NCBI GenBank assembly: GCA_944383415.1
Contig: CALWPK010000002.1
Span: 43,303-107,302, forward strand
DNA length: 64,000 bases
From: an uncultured Clostridia bacterium
GTDB taxonomy: Bacteria > Bacillota > Clostridia > Christensenellales > UBA1242
Direction of reading: 5' to 3'
This document shows, piece after piece, positions 57,454 to 64,000 of this stretch (position 1 is its first letter; each line of letters begins with the position of its first letter). Position numbers and translations under genes: made by a program. Under the pieces are notes generated by a model that saw only the letters and a program-made list of their open reading frames with translations, had not been told where the DNA came from and searched no databases.

Positions 57454-57939
57454 TTGTGAGTATAATTTGAGTATAATTTCGAGTTGTTAAATATTTTTTA
57501 TAAATTTCTATAGGTTTTAATATTTTTATTTAGAATATTAAATTTAATTATATTTTTTATTAATTATTAATAATTTATTTTTCATTTGTAATTTTTGAAT
57601 TTATACAAATATCTAATTAAATTTATTATATATTGAAAACTATTATTTCTAGACTCTCTGAGAGTTAGTTTCCCCTAGATCGTCTAAGATTCGATTAAAC
57701 TTTAATGACGAATGAGAAGATTATAATAAAAGTAACTAAATCTCTTTTTCAAAGTCGCAACAAAACTATAATATAAAAATTGAAATGTCTGGTACATACT
57801 TCGTAACGTTAATAATGAAAATTTTGTTATCTATATGAAAATTCACTAGATTAATTACCGAATATTTACTCTAAGAATTATATTATTAAAAGCTTTTGAA
57901 ACTTGATTTTGATCTAAAAATTATATTTGACTACTAAAC

Positions 57940-58665
57940 CTAATTTTTTGTGAATTCATATAATGCAATTCCTATGCTTATTGGAAGGTTCAAACTATCA
58001 ATTTTGTTGGTATGTTTTATCACAACGCTTTCGTCATAATTGAGCAAATTTTCTGGCAAGCCACTCGCTTCGTTTCCGAAAATTAAATCGTATTTTTTAT
58101 CTTTAATTTCAAATTTTCCTAAGATATTGTTACCCTTCAGCATAAAGAAATACTTTTTGTTTTTGCTTCTTTCGAGATAACTACCAATTGAATCAAATTC
58201 CAAAATGTTTAATGAAAAAATTGCTCCCATACTAGCGCGGATAACTTTCGGATTGAAATGGTCCACTGCAGGATTGATTATTATGAGATTGTTTATGCCA
58301 AATCCTAGCATAGTTCGCATAATAGTTCCCATATTGCCCATATCTGAAGGATTATATAGAACAAGATTTTTTTCGCATATATCGAAATTCGTTTCATACT
58401 TTTCAAATACTCCTACGACAAAACAATTTTCTTTGTCTGCCACACGATTGATGACTCTATCATCATATTCAATCTTGATATTTTTCCTCTCACATAAACC
58501 TAACAAATTTTTTACATCCTCGCTGATCTTCAACTTTGAACTCAAGATAATTTTAATCACTCTTTCTGCTCTGTTTTTCACCAATTCAAATGTCGGGAAA
58601 ATGCCGAATGTGTATGAATAGTCATTATTTTTATTATATTTAGTCAATTTAACTTCTTCTTTCAT
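57940..58665 (-). CDS. SpoU/TrmH-family RNA 2-prime-O-methyltransferase
   Basis: NPSDMGNMGTIMRTMLGFG, LIFGNEASGL and IDSLNLPISIGIALYE motifs. Confidence 0.85.
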   Translation of the reverse strand: MKEEVKLTKYNKNNDYSYTFGIFPTFELVKNRAERVIKIILSSKLKISEDVKNLLGLCERKNIKIEYDDRVINRVADKENCFVVGVFEKYETNFDICEKNLVLYNPSDMGNMGTIMRTMLGFGINNLIIINPAVDHFNPKVIRASMGAIFSLNILEFDSIGSYLERSKNKKYFFMLKGNNILGKFEIKDKKYDLIFGNEASGLPENLLNYDESVVIKHTNKIDSLNLPISIGIALYEFTKN

Positions 58666-58755
58666 AATGATATTTTAGCATAATGAGAATTTTGTGACAA
58701 GAAAATGAAGATAAAAGGAAAATAAAGAATGATAATACGGATTCATTTTTTATAT

Positions 58756-59475
58756 TTATAGTTCAATCTTTTTTGTAACTCCATTTTTTATTGTGAACAT
58801 ATCGCCAAAAAATGAAACATTTTTGTTGTCTATTATTATATAAGAGCCGTTTGGAATGGCTAAAAATTCTTTTTTATGCGATGCTGGAAGAATAAAGTCA
58901 TTAACAACATCAACTTCTTCGCACTCGATTTGATAAGTGTTAGTTTCACCGTCAAAATGTGGGATAATAATTTTATCATAGAAACCTAAGCCTTTTACCC
59001 ACTTTCTTTCTTTTATATCCGATTTTTCTTCTGGAAAATTGTAAACCGTTTTACATAAATTCATTGTACCCGCTGATATTCCAATAACAATTCCATTAAA
59101 ACGCTTTAAAATGTTCTTCAACCTAATACTTCTAAAAAATTTGTTTTGACAAAGAATTTTTCCACCAGATAATATTACAATATCTGCTCCGAGTATTATA
59201 TTTTTTGCATCTTTTTTATTCCTTGCTTCTAACAAAATTTTTTCATTAAATTCAATACCCGCCAAACTAAAACTATCTATTATATTTTTTATTTTCTCTT
59301 CATTTTTTAATACATTGTTAGGGTCGTTTGCCACATAAACAATTCTATTTGTGCCGTTTAAATATTTTTTAATGTTGTCTAACACTCTGCTTACATTTTC
59401 TAGCGGAATAGTTTGTTTGTTTCCATCCTTATCTATCATATAAGTATTTAGCCTACTAGTTAAAAACAATATCAT
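58756..59475 (-). CDS. peptidase S51 (dipeptidase E-like)
   Basis: ILSGG...VIGISAGTM nucleophile elbow and a downstream IIPHFD. Confidence 0.7.
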   Translation of the reverse strand: MILFLTSRLNTYMIDKDGNKQTIPLENVSRVLDNIKKYLNGTNRIVYVANDPNNVLKNEEKIKNIIDSFSLAGIEFNEKILLEARNKKDAKNIILGADIVILSGGKILCQNKFFRSIRLKNILKRFNGIVIGISAGTMNLCKTVYNFPEEKSDIKERKWVKGLGFYDKIIIPHFDGETNTYQIECEEVDVVNDFILPASHKKEFLAIPNGSYIIIDNKNVSFFGDMFTIKNGVTKKIEL

Positions 59476-59676
59476 ACTTCACTCCTAATGTAATTATACC
59501 ATAAAAAATTTCTTTTTAGTTAGTTTTTTAACTTAATTTATAAAATTTTCACAACACCTAAATATTAATTTCAAAATCAATAAAGATATTTATATTGTAA
59601 TTTACCACAAAATCCAAAAAATGTAACAATGTGTAATTCAACATAAAAAAACATCACGATAATTAGTGATATTCTT

Positions 59677-59764
59677 TGGCGCAGAGAACAGGATTTGAAC
59701 CTGCGGATGCTTTCACATCACACGATTTCCAATCGTGCTCATTCGACCGCTCTGACATCTCTGC
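59677..59764 (-). tRNA. tRNA-Ser (anticodon GGA), long variable arm, encoded CCA
   Basis: The reverse complement reads gcagagatgtcagagcggtcgaatgagcacgattGGAaatcgtg...ggttcaaatcctgttctctgcgcca. Confidence 0.88.
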
Positions 59765-59966
59765 ATAGGTCTATTATATATCAAAATGATAAATTAATCA
59801 ATAAATAATTGAAAATAAACTCCAAAAATTTTAAAATTTAACCAATAATTAAATTAATTAAAATCGTTTTCAATCAATTCTAATTTGATATAAATTATTT
59901 TCTATGCAAAAATTCACGAACATATATAATTTGTAAATTATCTTTTAATCTAGCGGATATTATAAA

Positions 59967-60299
59967 TTAGGAATCATAGTCATACGGGATTTTGTTTTTC
60001 CTTTCTCCATTTAGATTCGTAATATATCCGTCTTCCACCTTGCACCACCAGCGGTTATCCAAAATTTCTTCTTTCAAGTCCTCATCTGTTATCCAACCGA
60101 CCTCTACTAACGCTAAATCTTCAATCTTAATGTCGCAAAAATTGTAAGAACCTCTTTCATCTCCCATCTCAAATCTCACGTAAAAAGTATTGTCTCTAAT
60201 TTCAGGAAAAATTATTTCTCCCTCGTCTCCCGCTTTCAGTTGATTTTCTCTATAATAGTCACTATCCCGTATCAACCTGACTCTATCATAATATTTCAT
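59967..60299 (-). CDS. hypothetical protein (110 aa)
   Basis: Intact ORF directly downstream of alaS. No motif recognised. Confidence 0.5.
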   Translation of the reverse strand: MKYYDRVRLIRDSDYYRENQLKAGDEGEIIFPEIRDNTFYVRFEMGDERGSYNFCDIKIEDLALVEVGWITDEDLKEEILDNRWWCKVEDGYITNLNGERKNKIPYDYDS

Positions 60300-60383
60300 T
60301 TCATCCTCTTGTCAGTGTGGTACACCTCAATTTCCCATCCGAAAAAACAATATAGGAAGTTTTTTCTATACACTCACATTATA

Positions 60384-62219
60384 TTAGTTTGGAGATTTCG
60401 TATTGATCACTGCCTTGATACGGCGCACGCCAGCGGAAACAGCCTCTTGTTTAGTTATCTTGAAATCAACGAGTTCGCTCGTATTTTTTGCGTGCGGACC
60501 ACCACAGATTTGGAAATCCACGTCGCCAATTTGATACACCGAGATGACATCCGAATCTTGTGCTTTCAACACACCATACGCGCCCTTTTTCTTCGCCTCA
60601 GAAAAGGTCATTTCTTTCCTCTCGACAGGGATTGCTCTCTTGATTGACGTATTGACGAAATCTTCCAATTTTGCCACCTCTTCGTCCGTCAGTTTTCTAT
60701 CAAAATTGAAATCAAAGCGCAAACGCTCGCTCGTGATGTTGCTACCCTTTTGCTCTATAGTCGTTCCGAACATCTTCCTTAGCCCTGCGAGCAACAAGTG
60801 GCAAGCCGTGTGCAACCTAGTCGTCCAAATGCTATCGTCAGCAAGCCCACCTTTGAAGACACCTGCATTCGTGGTACGCGCCAATTCCTGATGCTGTCTG
60901 AATGCTTCATCAAATCCATCCATATCCACGTTATAACCGCGTTCGTTCGCCATTTCCCTAGTGAGTTCAATAGGGAACCCAAACGTATCATATAGTCTGA
61001 ACGCACTCTTCCCGCTAATAGTTTTTTCTGGCACGTAATTTGGATCTTTTGCTAAAAATTGATTTTTTCGTTCGATCCCCTGCACCACTTTTTCAAACTC
61101 TCGATTGCCCAACTCGATCGTCTTCAAAAACTTTTCTTCCTCTTTGCCCAGTTCGTCTATGATTTTGATTGAATTCGTCTCTAGTTCTGGATAATCTGCT
61201 TTGAAATAATCAATATAGATCTTAGCAATTTCGCCAAGATGTCCACTGCCGATTCCTAGTTTTCTGATATGACGAATGGCACGGCGAATGAGACGTCTCA
61301 AGACATACCCTTGACCCAAATTGCTAGGTGAAATTCCTCGTTCGTCACCAATGATAAAGGTGGAAGCACGCAAATGATCTGCAATGATTCTAAATGATGG
61401 TGTGTACACTTCGTCTTGATAACTCTTTTTGCTGATCTCTTCTAGATATTTGATAGTAGGGGCGAAGAGTTCTGTCTCATACACGGACTTGTATCCATTC
61501 AATTTGCAAAGCGTACGCTCCAAGCCTAGTCCTGTGTCGACATTAGGGTGTGCGAGTTTTTCAACGGATTTGTCTGGATTGACTTTGTATTCCATAAACA
61601 CGTCATTCCATATCTCCAAAAATTTTCCGCAATCGCAACTAGGATTGCATCCTGGTGAACATTTTGGCTTGCCCGTATCTATAAACATCTCGGTATCAGG
61701 ACCGCACGGACCGATCCCGCTACCCAATATCCACCAATTGTCTTTCAGATAATATATATTTTCTTTTTTTATTCCTTGTTCCTGCCACAACTTAGCTGAC
61801 ACATCGTCACGTGGAGCAATGTCGTTACCTGCAAAAACGGTGACAGCCAGCCTGTCTTTGTCCAAGCCTAAGTATTGCGGACTGGTCAAAAATTCATAAC
61901 TCCACGCGATCATATCTTCTTTGAAATAATCGCCAAGACTCCAGTTGCCCAGCATTTCAAAAAAAGTGCAATGACTGTCATCGCCCACATCGTCAATATC
62001 TCCAGTGCGGATGCATTTTTGAAGGTCGCACAATCTCTTCCCTTTCGGATGGTGCTGTCCGAGCAAATATGGCACGAGCGGATGCATACCCGCTGTCGTG
62101 AACAACACACTAGGATCATTCTCAGGAATGATGCTCGCACTTGGGATGATCGTATGTGCTTTACTTGTATAAAATTTGAACCATTTGTCAATTAATTCTC
62201 TTCTAGTTATATTTTTCAT
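60384..62219 (-). CDS. alaS: alanine--tRNA ligase, short form ending after the editing domain (no C-Ala domain)
   Basis: FTTAGMHPLVPYLLG, VDTGLGLERT, editing-site HTACHLL and CGGPH. Ends ...AGVRRIKAVINTKSPN at 611 aa. Confidence 0.9.
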   Translation of the reverse strand: MKNITRRELIDKWFKFYTSKAHTIIPSASIIPENDPSVLFTTAGMHPLVPYLLGQHHPKGKRLCDLQKCIRTGDIDDVGDDSHCTFFEMLGNWSLGDYFKEDMIAWSYEFLTSPQYLGLDKDRLAVTVFAGNDIAPRDDVSAKLWQEQGIKKENIYYLKDNWWILGSGIGPCGPDTEMFIDTGKPKCSPGCNPSCDCGKFLEIWNDVFMEYKVNPDKSVEKLAHPNVDTGLGLERTLCKLNGYKSVYETELFAPTIKYLEEISKKSYQDEVYTPSFRIIADHLRASTFIIGDERGISPSNLGQGYVLRRLIRRAIRHIRKLGIGSGHLGEIAKIYIDYFKADYPELETNSIKIIDELGKEEEKFLKTIELGNREFEKVVQGIERKNQFLAKDPNYVPEKTISGKSAFRLYDTFGFPIELTREMANERGYNVDMDGFDEAFRQHQELARTTNAGVFKGGLADDSIWTTRLHTACHLLLAGLRKMFGTTIEQKGSNITSERLRFDFNFDRKLTDEEVAKLEDFVNTSIKRAIPVERKEMTFSEAKKKGAYGVLKAQDSDVISVYQIGDVDFQICGGPHAKNTSELVDFKITKQEAVSAGVRRIKAVINTKSPN

Positions 62220-62224
62220 AATAT

Positions 62225-62480
62225 CTCCGTGTTTGTTTCAATTTGTTTTTATTGTTTGTTTTTATTTTTTAATCTCATTATTAATTATTTTAATAAATTT
62301 TTCATTATTTATTGTTTTTATCTATTTTTTACCTTATTTTTAATTAATTTTTTAATAATTTTTTATTTTTTTGATATTTTTATAAATTTTTATTAATTTA
62401 ATTTTTTTATTAATTTAAGTATTTCTAATCAATTTTAATTGTTGATTTTTAATAATTTATCATTTTTATTTTTTTTCCTA
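62225..62480 (+). repeat. phased T-tract array E3
   Basis: T4-T7 runs at roughly 10-bp spacing between alaS and tmk. Shares strings such as tttttattaattt and ttttaat with E1 and E2. Confidence 0.75.
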
Positions 62481-62680
62481 AATATTTCTTATAAATTAAT
62501 TGATTAAATAAATATTAAAATTAATACAAGTGATTTACAATTAAATTATGTAGATGGAATAAGTAAAATATAGTTTGGATATTTTTAGACATCGACACAA
62601 AATCTTAAATTTTATGATAACTAATAATGCAGATGTGTCTAACCATGTGAGAACAGATTGAGACGATATTTATAATACCA

Positions 62681-63319
62681 CTACAGACCCAATTTAGTCA
62701 AGATTTCTTCGTGAATTTGTTCGATTGATTTCAACGTCTCGTCCACACACTGAATGTGTATCCAATGAAATTTCTCTGCCACATATTTTGCTCTCTTGTA
62801 TGCTAAGTAAATATGTTTGTCATCCGATTCCAAGATATCCTTTTGCATCTTATTCTTAAGTTCCGTGCGAGATCTCGCCAGTTTGATGCTATATTCTGGA
62901 GGATTGTCCAGAAATATAATTTTATCCGGCACAGGCAATTTCAATTTCTCATATTCAAAATCTATCACCCAATCTATGAAGCGGTCGATCTCTGTTTGGT
63001 CATTCATTTTCGTAGATTGGTGAATCATATTGCTAGGGACATATCTATCGAACAAAACGAAATCGTACTTGCCTATATCGTCAATACTATTCATCGTGAT
63101 CAGTCGATCGACAGCATAAAGTGCACTATTTTGATATCCATCCAAATCTTTTTTGATCTCACCGTTCAGATACATTTTGACAGGTGCACTTGAAGGACTA
63201 TCATAGTTGGGAAAACTGATTAATTTGCATTTATGCCCCTTTGCCACAAGGTAGTCGTATAGTTTTTTCGTCTGCACAGCCTTTCCTGATCCGTCTGTAC
63301 CTTCTATATCTATCAACAT
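62681..63319 (-). CDS. tmk: thymidylate kinase
   Basis: MLIDIEGTDGSGKAVQ P-loop and a DRY-like FDRYVPS. Confidence 0.9.
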   Translation of the reverse strand: MLIDIEGTDGSGKAVQTKKLYDYLVAKGHKCKLISFPNYDSPSSAPVKMYLNGEIKKDLDGYQNSALYAVDRLITMNSIDDIGKYDFVLFDRYVPSNMIHQSTKMNDQTEIDRFIDWVIDFEYEKLKLPVPDKIIFLDNPPEYSIKLARSRTELKNKMQKDILESDDKHIYLAYKRAKYVAEKFHWIHIQCVDETLKSIEQIHEEILTKLGL

Positions 63320-63884
63320 ACTCCAAATCTCCTAGTCTCTATTATATCACTAAATATGATTTATTGCAAATATATGATTTGAGGTATCTCAAGATTTTGC
63401 CGTCTTTAACTTTCATTCTCTTATAAAATTTTGAATTTAAAATTTACATTTTAGAATTGACTGTAATCTTTCTATTTAGTTTCCATTATGCGATTGTATC
63501 AAAATGATAATAATTGCATTTTGTATTATTAAATGTTGAAATCATATTTACCGCATTGGACAACCTATGTATTTATATTTTCTACGATTTGACGTATTTT
63601 CCAAAAAACCTTATCCAATATGAATGTTTGACTGGAAAAATAAACTAAAATCTCTCGTTCAAACGTATCGTTATGCAATTTTCATCATCTTACTGCTTAC
63701 AACAACCTAGAAAATATACGCCTGTTTCAAATGCGGATATGTTTCCAATCAATATTTTAGTTTTGTCGTTTTCCTTAAATTATTCCGACTATTATTTCCG
63801 CAATATATGGCATTATGCAACTTCAAGCAATGTAACAACGTAATTAATTTTTCTATTGACAAATGCTTATAATTTTTATAAAAT

Positions 63885-64000
63885 ATGAATATGAAAGTTT
63901 TTTTGAAATATTTTTTAATAGTAATCTTGCTTTTGATAGGGCTAATGGCACTAGGACTTCTATATCTATTTTTCGTGCCAGGATCTAGTTTGTTTGGAAT
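63885..64000 (+). CDS. N-terminus of a membrane or secreted protein (runs off the window end)
   Basis: My own translation gives MNMKVFLKYFLIVILLLIGLMALGLLYLFFVPGSSLFG. The frame is open to the window edge. Confidence 0.4.
   Translation, partial: MNMKVFLKYFLIVILLLIGLMALGLLYLFFVPGSSLFG

Overview
The window is AT-rich and gene-dense, and its gene content looks like a low-GC Firmicutes chromosome. Most large genes lie on the minus strand. Housekeeping genes recognised from the translations are gyrB (partial), metG, dtd, dnaB, typA, hup, trxB, recN, recA, pgsA, ftsK, pnp, rpsO, pflA, pflB, alaS and tmk. SpoIVB, a NodB-type deacetylase and a BclA-like collagen-repeat protein suggest a spore former; this is inference. 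Accessory content includes a 2016-aa surface protein, a cadC-cadA metal-efflux operon, five tRNA genes and several orphan ORFs. No CRISPR array, rRNA, transposase or integrase was seen. The most unusual part is the tRNA-Leu locus at 28.0-31.0 kb. It has a near-consensus promoter followed by about 0.8 kb of ORF-free, hairpin-dense sequence that ends at a tRNA-Leu whose anticodon reads AAG. Downstream lies a structured repeat module of about 100 bp that recurs after tRNA-Gly at 53.4 kb. A 1.1-kb two-gene cassette (YpsA/DUF1273-like SLOG protein plus XRE regulator) follows, bracketed by about 120-bp direct repeats. A truncated, frameshifted second copy of the SLOG gene lies at 42.5 kb. A second recurring signal is long arrays of T-tracts phased at about 10 bp, always T-rich on the + strand, in three or four intergenic regions. 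All functional calls rest on motif recognition by eye. No database search, covariance model or folding program was run.
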